Positions 1-7,015 of a stretch of DNA of 10,160 nt are shown piece by piece; the first letter of the stretch is position 1; every line of letters starts with the position of its first letter. Origin of the DNA: Calditrichaceae bacterium (GTDB taxonomy: Bacteria; Calditrichota; Calditrichia; Calditrichales; JBFXGD01); assembly GCA_050178385.1 (NCBI GenBank), contig JBFXGD010000131.1:1-10160 (forward strand), in the 5' to 3' direction. A program made the translations under genes and the position numbers. The notes beneath the pieces are model-generated. The model searched no databases. It saw only the letters and a list, made by a program, of their open reading frames with translations, and was not told where the DNA came from.

Positions 1-85
1 AAAATTCTCAGTTTTAATAAAATTTGAGAAATATTTTTATTTATAGGACAACAATTCCCTATACAGCATCTGTTTTAAAATTAGT

Positions 86-1102
86 TTATTTTTTGTTATC
101 TTTTTTACCGAATAAATTTTTTGTTATATTTTTAGACTTATCATAAAAATTGTTGATCCATGATAATTCTTTATCTCCATTTTTGTCTTCTTCGCCGAAT
201 TTAAGTCTGATTTTTTTCGTTCTTCCCATATATGAGCGAATGATCACATCTTTAACATCACTGGTCATTGTACGTACTATTTCGATAACTCCATGCAGCG
301 GCGGGCTTAATTCCTTTTCGGATTCAATCTCAATCTTCGAACAATACGCTTCCGCTATCATACTCAGCCTGGCAGTCAAGACCGCGTTAACCATACCATT
401 TGAAAAAGAGCTGATCAGCGCCCCGATAATTGGCAGTCCTTTACCGCCTTCTTTAGCAATACCGACACTGTTTATGATAACTTCAGTAATGGAATCCGTG
501 ACCGATTCCGCGCCTCCGCTGATGATCATTGTATGAAGACAAGTTTTATAAACTTTTATCAATCCTATTAAATTTGGCCTGCCGTTGTACAACAGATATG
601 TTTCTTTTATGAGATACATTGCCCGGCCAAGTACAATAAAGCTGTCGAGTGTTCCATTTTGTGAGAGCGCTGTTCCAAGAAAGATCTGATTAATCACTTT
701 TTTCCGTTTTGCGCCGATTTTCCGCCCAAAATCCAGGTTTATTTTTTTAATAGATTCTCTGATCCGAGCGGCATCGCCGGAACGCAGCCCGTCAATCCAC
801 TGATCATCAGCAAGGCTGTGGATGTTTGGATTTGACAACAGGACTTTCGCCATCTTTCTCAGATGATGATCCGGTGCCGGCTTCCCATGATAGGGTCCGG
901 GCAATGCCGGTAACTTTAGAATCTGAAAAACCGGCTTAACGCCAAACCAGAAAATTACCGCCACACTTACGAACAGGAAAAAATATCCCAACCATGGATG
1001 AAGATCCCTGAATAGCAGGTAGGTCGCGATGAATTCCTTTATGGCAAAAAAGCCAAAGAAAATGACTATAATCCAGATAAATTTATTGATATACTGCTTC
1101 AT
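86..1102 (-). CDS. DUF697/YcjF-like membrane protein
   Basis: ORF of 338 aa from ATG 1102 (339 aa from GTG 1105), preceded by GGATAGGG. Two N-terminal TM helices; C-terminal region with TALSQNGTLDSFIV...LYNGRP and FSNGMVNAVLTARL resembles DUF697 proteins. Confidence 0.7.
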   Translation of the reverse strand: MKQYINKFIWIIVIFFGFFAIKEFIATYLLFRDLHPWLGYFFLFVSVAVIFWFGVKPVFQILKLPALPGPYHGKPAPDHHLRKMAKVLLSNPNIHSLADDQWIDGLRSGDAARIRESIKKINLDFGRKIGAKRKKVINQIFLGTALSQNGTLDSFIVLGRAMYLIKETYLLYNGRPNLIGLIKVYKTCLHTMIISGGAESVTDSITEVIINSVGIAKEGGKGLPIIGALISSFSNGMVNAVLTARLSMIAEAYCSKIEIESEKELSPPLHGVIEIVRTMTSDVKDVIIRSYMGRTKKIRLKFGEEDKNGDKELSWINNFYDKSKNITKNLFGKKDNKK

Positions 1103-1138
1103 CACACACCCTATCCAAGTTATTCTGACCTGTCTAAA

Positions 1139-1165
1139 AATAATGATAATTTGTAATAATTATCA
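1139..1165. promoter_or_regulatory. Fur/PerR-like operator in divergent intergenic region
   Basis: TTGTAAT-A-ATTATCA (1151-1165) matches 12/14 of the Fur 7-1-7 TGATAATnATTATCA; also an 8-6-8 inverted repeat TGATAATT-N6-AATTATCA (1144-1165). AT-rich context weakens it. Confidence 0.4.
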
Positions 1166-1299
1166 AGCAAAACATTCCTGTGTTTACAAAACAGGACTTT
1201 GTGAATAAAAAATTGAACATAAGCGGATAAATGCCGATATTACACTGAACACACACATTTAAATCGTAAAAATATTCTTAGAAACAGGCTGATTAATCT

Positions 1300-1821
1300 A
1301 TGCAGAAGTCAAAAAAAACAACAGTCCGCTATCACAACACTTTTTTAAAATACTGGAATCATTTCTCAAACCTGCCCTTTGGAAAACGTATCTTTTCACA
1401 TTTAATCGGATTTTATGTGCCCTACACGGGAAGCATGGGAGCTGTTGTTAAAAATATCAGCCCCGGCAAATCGGAAATACAGCTGAAAGAACGCAGAAAA
1501 GTGAGAAATCATCTGCAATCCGTTCATGCAATCGCCCTCGCAAATCTTGCGGAGTTTGCCGGAAACCTTGCCCTGGTAAGTGCCATGCCGGATGACGCGC
1601 GTTTTATCGTTAAAAGTTTTTCAATCGATTATATCAAAAAAGCCCGTGGGATCATTACTGCCGAATGCAGTTGCCCTACATTGGAATCCAATGAAAAAAG
1701 CGAACAGCATCTGCAAATCCACCTTAAAAACCGGGATGGTGAAATTGTAACAACAGCCACAATGGTCAGCATGGTAGGTCCCAAAAAAACAAGCCCTGAA
1801 GTGGCCGGCTCCGGACAATAA
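1300..1821 (+). CDS. PaaI-type hotdog-fold thioesterase (DUF4442-like)
   Basis: 173 aa with PYTGSM, RNHLQSVHAIALANLAE and IDYIKKARG motifs typical of PaaI/DUF4442 hotdog proteins. Confidence 0.85.
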   Translation: MQKSKKTTVRYHNTFLKYWNHFSNLPFGKRIFSHLIGFYVPYTGSMGAVVKNISPGKSEIQLKERRKVRNHLQSVHAIALANLAEFAGNLALVSAMPDDARFIVKSFSIDYIKKARGIITAECSCPTLESNEKSEQHLQIHLKNRDGEIVTTATMVSMVGPKKTSPEVAGSGQ

Positions 1822-1839
1822 AAAGCTTAAGAGGTGTTA

Positions 1840-2868
1840 ATGAAAATCGAAACTGATTTCACCAGGCACGCCGGAATAGACATTCCTATTATTTGCGGCG
1901 CAATGTACCCATGCAGCAATCCTGAACTTATCGCCGCGGTTTCTGACGCGGGCGGGATTGGCATTATACAGCCGCTCTCAATGGTTTATGTACACAAACA
2001 TGAGTTCGGTGAGGGAATAAGACTAATCAAAAGTCTCACAAATAAACCCTTCGGCATGAACGCGACTATTGAAAAAGCATCCAAGGCATATGAGAATCGT
2101 ATGCGGGAATGGGTCGAAATCGCGATTGATGAAGGCGTCCGTTTTTTTGTCACTGCTCTGGGAAATCCCAAATGGGTGGCCGATATGGTTCATTCCGTGA
2201 ACGGTTTTGTATATCATAAAGTTACTGAACGCAAATGGGCGCTGAAGGCGCTTGAAGGAGGCGTTGACGGACTGATCGCGATAAACAATAAGGCCGGCGG
2301 TCACGCCGGGACCATTGAGTCGCTTGAATTGCTGCTCAGTCTGGATGATTTAAACGTTCCCGTTGTCGCAGGTGGCGGTATTGGATCCGAAGATGAGTTT
2401 AGCGAGGCGCTGAAGCTCGGCTATCAGGGTATATTAATGGGTACGCGGTTTATTGCCACAGAGGAATGCACCGTCCATGTCGATTACAAAAATGCAATCG
2501 TAAAAGCCCATGCTTCTGATATTGTTTTAACAGAACGCGTCACCGGTGTGCCGCTATCAGTAATCAGGACAGAGTATGTTGATCAGGTTGGAACAAAGGC
2601 CGGACCTGTTGCCCGTTGGATGTTGCAGCAGCGTAAACTAAAAAAGTACATCAGACTGATGTATGCGGTGCGTTCTGTCCGGCAACTTAAAAAATCAGCG
2701 CTCGCGGGTCCTTCATCTAAAGATTATTTTCAGGCCGGACACAGTGTTAACGGTATCAGTGGAATTGGAAAAGCTGGTGAAATCGTTCAATCCTTCGCCA
2801 GACATGCCATCGATGATCCGGAAATCATAAAAAGATTTAAAATTAAACCGGAATTAGCAGACAGATAA
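1840..2868 (+). CDS. Nitronate monooxygenase / 2-nitropropane dioxygenase / FabK-like FMN TIM-barrel protein
   Basis: PIICGAM, ELIAAVSDAGGIG, AGGHAG, PVVAGGGIG and MGTRFIATEEC motifs. ATG 1840 follows AAGAGG (GTG 1834 is an alternative start). 18 nt after the thioesterase stop, so probably an operon. Confidence 0.9.
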   Translation: MKIETDFTRHAGIDIPIICGAMYPCSNPELIAAVSDAGGIGIIQPLSMVYVHKHEFGEGIRLIKSLTNKPFGMNATIEKASKAYENRMREWVEIAIDEGVRFFVTALGNPKWVADMVHSVNGFVYHKVTERKWALKALEGGVDGLIAINNKAGGHAGTIESLELLLSLDDLNVPVVAGGGIGSEDEFSEALKLGYQGILMGTRFIATEECTVHVDYKNAIVKAHASDIVLTERVTGVPLSVIRTEYVDQVGTKAGPVARWMLQQRKLKKYIRLMYAVRSVRQLKKSALAGPSSKDYFQAGHSVNGISGIGKAGEIVQSFARHAIDDPEIIKRFKIKPELADR

Positions 2869-2883
2869 AATTATAGATGTGAT

Positions 2884-2921
2884 AAAAAAAGCCTGTGAAT
2901 TTAGTTTCACAGGCTTTTTTT
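2884..2921. terminator. Bidirectional rho-independent terminator
   Basis: AAAAAAAGCCTGTGAA-TTTAGT-TTCACAGGCTTTTTTT: perfect 16-bp inverted repeat with 7-nt A/T tracts on both sides, between the convergent NMO gene and tRNA. Confidence 0.92.
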
Positions 2922-2926
2922 GCTTG

Positions 2927-3010
2927 TACGAGGAGGGAGACTCGAACTCCCACACCCTCTCGGGCACCAGATCCTAAGTCTGGCGCGTCTACCAATTCCG
3001 CCATCCTCGC
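2927..3010 (-). tRNA. tRNA-Leu(TAG)
   Basis: Minus strand reads GCGAGGATGGCGGAATTGGTAGACGCG CCAGA CTTAGGA TCTGG TGCCCGAGAGGGTGT GGGAGTTCGAGTCTCC CTCCTCGTA. Acceptor stem, D arm, TAG anticodon, long variable arm, TTCGA T-loop and discriminator A are all present; CCA is not encoded. Confidence 0.97.
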
Positions 3011-3041
3011 GTCACATCGCCAATTTAATTTAGCGGTGCAA

Positions 3042-3070
3042 AATTTAGGTTATTTGATTCTTAAAATCAA
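3042..3070 (-). promoter_or_regulatory. Putative sigma70 promoter of tRNA-Leu
   Basis: Minus strand TTGATT (3070-3065), 17-nt spacer, TAAATT (3047-3042), about 30 nt upstream of the mature tRNA 5' end. Confidence 0.55.
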
Positions 3071-3089
3071 GTGCTTGTTTGTACCTTTA

Positions 3090-4724
3090 TCAATTCCCGA
3101 TTCCGCCATAACGGATACCCGAAAGATTTGTCATTTCAGACTTCCACGTTGTCAGGTCATCACGACTGAATTCATTAAGACGCTGATGACCGCAAGCTCT
3201 TGCCATAACTTTCATCAGTTCAACAGTTGCTATTAAATAATTTTTCAATCGTTCGGCGGATTGATCAATAATGAGGCGCGCTCTCAGTTCATCTTTCTGC
3301 GAAGCGATACCAACTGGACAGTTATTGGTATGACAAGCCCTCATTCCCAGACAACCGATCGCCTGAATCGCGGAATTGGCGATGGCGATTCCATCCGCAC
3401 CCAACGCGAGCGCCTTGATGAAATGCGCCTCAGTCCGCAGCCCGCCGGTTATTATCAGTGTTACCTTATCCGCACCCCGTTTATCAAGGTGATGCCTTGC
3501 TCTGGCCAATGCGGGTATGGTTGGAACGGATATATTGTTTTTGAACAGTTCCGGAGCCGCGCCCGTTCCCCCTCCCCGGCCATCAACGATAACATAATCC
3601 GCGCCGGCCTCCAGGGCGAAATCAATATCATCCTCGATATGCTGGGCCGACATTTTGAATCCCACAGGGATGCCTCCAGTAATCTCCCGAACCTGATCCG
3701 CGACTTTTCTATAATCGTCAGGTGTCACAAGATCCGGAAATCTGGATGGACTGATAGCCGCTTCACCGGGCTTTAGTCCGCGCACCTGAGCGATCCCCTC
3801 TGTCACTTTTTTTCCCGGTAGATGCCCGCCGGTTCCTGTCTTCGCTCCCTGCCCCGCTTTAAAGTGAAATGCCTGGCACAAAGCCGCCTTTTCCATGCTC
3901 CAGCCGAATTTGCCCGATGCCAGTTCATAAAAATATCTGGAGTTCGCCATTTGTTCATCGGGCAGCATACCGCCTTCTCCTGAACAAATTCCCGTACCCG
4001 CCAAATCCGCTCCTTTCGCCATGGATATTTTTGCTTCCGCGCTAAGAGCTCCGTAACTCATATCACTAACGAAAATGGGAATCGCCAGTTTCAGCGGTTT
4101 CCGCGAACCCGGGCCGATCACCAGCTCGGTACTGACAGGCGCCTGATCTTCAAGCGGTCTTCGGGATAACTGGGCAGTGACTATTTGTATATCCTCCCAC
4201 CGGGGAAGTTCTGTCAATGGAACACCCATTGCCGAAGTAACGCCATGCTGCCCAATATTTTTTAGTCCGTTTTTAGATAATTCCTCAATATGCCTGTTAA
4301 ACGGCTCCTCAGGCGTACCGTGGATATCTGCGTACAAACCGAGATATTCATCCCTTTTAAATGGCTGCGGATGTTCCCGCTCCCAATTCCGGATCTCGTT
4401 CTCATCAATCCATACCGCATCATTTTTGGTATCAACCCAGGCAGAAAACTTCTTTAATATTTCATTGTTGTTGTATTCACTGATCCCTGTCTCATACTGA
4501 TAATCCCACCCGTGTAATCCGCACATGAGATTATCACCATCAATATAACCGTCAGCGAGCAGAGCGCCGCGGTGCAGGCATCGGCCATAAAGAACAGACA
4601 CATTCCCGTCATATCGTATTATCACCAGGTCAACATTTGACACCAGAGCATACGATGGTATCCGGTCTTTTAAATCACTCCATACCGCTATCCTGACTTT
4701 CCTCATCTCTGTTTTATCGATCAC
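3090..4724 (-). CDS. Rieske [2Fe-2S] domain fused to glutamate synthase FMN-binding domain (GltB domain 2-like)
   Basis: 544 aa; GTG start 5 nt after AGGAG. Rieske motifs CLH and CGLHGW; FMN-domain motifs MSYGALS, SGEGG, GQGAKTGTGGHLPG, DGRGGGTGAAP, ALALGAD; 3Fe-4S motif GCLGMRACHTNNCPVGIASQ. Confidence 0.9.
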   Translation of the reverse strand: MIDKTEMRKVRIAVWSDLKDRIPSYALVSNVDLVIIRYDGNVSVLYGRCLHRGALLADGYIDGDNLMCGLHGWDYQYETGISEYNNNEILKKFSAWVDTKNDAVWIDENEIRNWEREHPQPFKRDEYLGLYADIHGTPEEPFNRHIEELSKNGLKNIGQHGVTSAMGVPLTELPRWEDIQIVTAQLSRRPLEDQAPVSTELVIGPGSRKPLKLAIPIFVSDMSYGALSAEAKISMAKGADLAGTGICSGEGGMLPDEQMANSRYFYELASGKFGWSMEKAALCQAFHFKAGQGAKTGTGGHLPGKKVTEGIAQVRGLKPGEAAISPSRFPDLVTPDDYRKVADQVREITGGIPVGFKMSAQHIEDDIDFALEAGADYVIVDGRGGGTGAAPELFKNNISVPTIPALARARHHLDKRGADKVTLIITGGLRTEAHFIKALALGADGIAIANSAIQAIGCLGMRACHTNNCPVGIASQKDELRARLIIDQSAERLKNYLIATVELMKVMARACGHQRLNEFSRDDLTTWKSEMTNLSGIRYGGIGN

Positions 4725-4835
4725 ATCGTCTCCTACGAATTATTGATTGTCTACTAAGGATAACAGCAAATATCTTCCGCAAATTTCACTGCGGGTTATT
4801 TCTGCCGAAACAATGATGAGTATTCTATATATTGA

Positions 4836-5021
4836 ATAAAAACAGGCCCGGCGACAGATTTGACATCTGGATTGACTCCCTGTTCAGGAGATCCCGAGTA
4901 TCACCATGCGATGGGATCGGGATCCCCTCGACGTAACTCAAACGCGGATAAATTCAGGTAAATACCCAAAGAAATCATATTTATTGCGCAAAATCTGCCG
5001 GTGGACGCGGCTGTTTTTTAT
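4836..5021 (-). ncRNA. Candidate structured ncRNA (6S-like rod or cis-regulatory leader), unassigned
   Basis: Nested stems 5018-5011/4845-4838, 5000-4991/4861-4852 and 4928-4917/4897-4886; ends in CTGTTTTTATT on the minus strand; no ORF listed in the track here. Confidence 0.45.
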
Positions 5022-5055
5022 TAATTACTTTTAAGATTTATTTTCTGCTATTAAT

Positions 5056-5469
5056 TCATTCTTTTATCACTGCCGTCAGGAATAACAGAAAGACAGAGGT
5101 AATCAGCACAAATAATCCCCACTCTATCTGAATGGTATCTATTGCCATTTCGGTCATTTCCCGGAATACATTTTTGGCCAATTCCGATTCCAGATCGTTT
5201 TCAATCTGAGAAATTTTAATGTGAATATTCAGGTAACTGTAAAGTAAAACACCGATACTTCCCATTCCGGAAAGCCATAGGAGCTTATATTTCTTTAATA
5301 TGACAAGAGTAAGCGAAACAACAGCCAGAACCAAAATTGCTATGCCCTCTCCCTGCCTATCCTGAAAGTAATTTAGATTACCCATAAACGGTACACGGAT
5401 CATCGGCGGAAATACACTCAACCCCAATATTGCGGAGCCGAGTACTCCCGTTATCTGCCTTCGGTCCAT
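5056..5469 (-). CDS. Hypothetical integral membrane protein (about 4 TM)
   Basis: 137 aa from ATG 5469 (MDRRQITG..., preceded by AAGAGAAG); the ORF extends to TTG 5505. Three N-terminal hydrophobic segments, a helical linker and a C-terminal IEWGLFVL TM segment. Confidence 0.75.
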   Translation of the reverse strand: MDRRQITGVLGSAILGLSVFPPMIRVPFMGNLNYFQDRQGEGIAILVLAVVSLTLVILKKYKLLWLSGMGSIGVLLYSYLNIHIKISQIENDLESELAKNVFREMTEMAIDTIQIEWGLFVLITSVFLLFLTAVIKE

Positions 5470-5678
5470 TACTTCTCTTCTTTTCAAAACATTCCCTGTT
5501 TGCAAATTCCTGATCTTTAGAATCTGGATAATTTTATGAGTATAGCATATTTATAGAAAAAACAGAATACAATGATTACGCTATCGACGCTGCCGGCCGA
5601 TTTCTTTAGTTTCGATTTGCCTGAAAAAATAAGATTTAAATATAAATATGCCTCACTTTCGATCTTTATAGATCTTAC

Positions 5679-5692
5679 CTGGTCTATACCAG
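5679..5692. promoter_or_regulatory. GntR (HutC subfamily, DasR/NagR-like) operator candidate
   Basis: CTGGTCTATACCAG: 5-4-5 palindrome containing GTnTAnAC; overlaps the position 17 nt upstream of a TATATT -10 candidate (5703-5708). Confidence 0.5.
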
Positions 5693-5778
5693 AAAATAGG
5701 TTTATATTGTGTGAATTTATTCCTTATATTAAAACCGAAAAATTAAAACTTCGAACCTTGAAATATTGAGGAGTCATT

Positions 5779-6963
5779 TTGAAAACTGACAAGAATTACA
5801 CCGATGCCACGAAAAGCGTTCATGCCGGAATGACCGACAATGAGCATCTGGCGGTAGCGACACCGATTTACCAGACATCCACCTTTAAATTTAAAAACAC
5901 CGATCATGGTGCGGCGTTATTTGCAAAAAAAGAAAAAGGCTATATCTACACACGTATGAGCAACCCTACCGTTGAAGCGCTGGAGAACGCTGTCGCTCAG
6001 CTTGAGCAGGGCCATAAAGGGCTTGCCTGCGCCAGCGGGATGGCAGCAATCCACACGGTTTTCGCCGCGTATCTCCAAAAAGGCGATCATGTAATCTGCT
6101 CCGAATCGGTTTACGGCCCTACAACAACACTCCTGAGTACACTTTTTGAGAAATTTGGGGTGGAGACATCTTTCGTTGATTCCAGTGATCTTTCTCTTGT
6201 GGAAGCCGCGGTAAAACCAAACACAAAGATGATATATATCGAAACCCCGGGCAATCCCACTCTTTGTGTATCGGATCTGTCGGGAATCAGCGAAATTGCC
6301 CGTAAAATAAACGCCCTTCATGTGGTAGATAACACATTCGCCAGCCCTATTCTGCAAAAACCTCTGAAATATGGAGTCAATATTGTAGTTCACAGTATGA
6401 CAAAGTTTTTGAATGGTCACGCGGATGTGGTGGCGGGAATGATTGTCACCGATACCGAAGAGAGCTATCTTAAACTGCGCGGAACACTCAATCTTACCGG
6501 TGGCGTGCTTGATCCGATGAATTCTTTTCTCGTTCACCGTGGGATCAAAACGCTTGCCATGCGTATGGAACACCATTCACGGAACGCGCGCAGAATTGCC
6601 GAATTTTTGGAATCACATCCAAAGGTAAATAAAGTACTGTATCCCGGATTAAAATCGCATCCGCAGCATGAACTCGCCAAGAAACAGATGAGTGATTTTA
6701 GCGCGATGATAAGCTTTGAAGTTTCGGGTGGGATTGAAGGCGGAAAAACGGTTATGAATAATGTACATTTATGCCAGTTGGCTGTGAGTCTCGGCGGTGT
6801 CGAAACACTCATTCAACATCCGGCGTCCATGACACATGCGGGGATGTCTCCTGAATTAAGGCAGCAAGCAGGAATTACAGACGGGCTTGTTCGGCTTTCT
6901 GTAGGTGTGGAAGACATGGAAGAAATTATGGCGGATCTTGATCAGGCGCTGAATTTAATCTAA
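5779..6963 (+). CDS. Cys/Met metabolism PLP-dependent enzyme, methionine gamma-lyase-like
   Basis: 394 aa; TTG start 5 nt after GAGGAG. PIYQTSTF, YTRMSNPT, SGMAAI, ETPGNP, DNTF, HSMTKFLNGH (PLP lysine), LAVSLGG, HPASMTH and RLSVG motifs. Confidence 0.9.
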   Translation: MKTDKNYTDATKSVHAGMTDNEHLAVATPIYQTSTFKFKNTDHGAALFAKKEKGYIYTRMSNPTVEALENAVAQLEQGHKGLACASGMAAIHTVFAAYLQKGDHVICSESVYGPTTTLLSTLFEKFGVETSFVDSSDLSLVEAAVKPNTKMIYIETPGNPTLCVSDLSGISEIARKINALHVVDNTFASPILQKPLKYGVNIVVHSMTKFLNGHADVVAGMIVTDTEESYLKLRGTLNLTGGVLDPMNSFLVHRGIKTLAMRMEHHSRNARRIAEFLESHPKVNKVLYPGLKSHPQHELAKKQMSDFSAMISFEVSGGIEGGKTVMNNVHLCQLAVSLGGVETLIQHPASMTHAGMSPELRQQAGITDGLVRLSVGVEDMEEIMADLDQALNLI

Positions 6964-6980
6964 TATATTTTATATAGTTT

Positions 6981-7015
6981 AATCCCCCGTCGATGATTAG
7001 CGCGGGGGATTTTTT
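6981..7015 (+). terminator. Rho-independent terminator of the lyase gene
   Basis: AATCCCCCG-N13-CGGGGGATT followed by a T tract; abuts the stop codon of the convergent thioesterase gene. Confidence 0.8.

Noticed and set aside
5..63. Two AT-rich hairpins (TTCTCA...TGAGAA and TATAGG...CCTATA) downstream of the DUF697 gene
   Set aside because: Weak stems, no convincing U tract on the minus strand, and context cut by the window edge.
150..536. 128-aa plus-strand ORF
   Set aside because: Antisense shadow of the DUF697-like gene; no motifs.
1621..2304. Short minus-strand ORFs (65, 61, 93 aa)
   Set aside because: Antisense to well-supported genes.
2927..3010. tRNA-Leu as an island integration site
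   Set aside because: No integrase, no duplicated tRNA 3' end seen, and terminator intact next to the tRNA.
2895..3236. 113-aa plus-strand ORF
   Set aside because: Runs through the terminator and antisense to the tRNA and Rieske-GltB end.
3261..4500. 171-aa and 107-aa plus-strand ORFs
   Set aside because: Antisense shadows of the Rieske-GltB gene.
4836..5021. Known riboswitch (TPP, glycine, cobalamin, SAM-I, c-di-GMP, c-di-AMP, glnA), SRP RNA or retron ncRNA
   Set aside because: Diagnostic motifs absent or out of order by eye; no reverse transcriptase nearby.
5572..5769. 65-aa ORF as a leader peptide of the lyase
   Set aside because: No RBS, no Met/Cys enrichment, AT-rich, and overlaps the likely promoter/operator.
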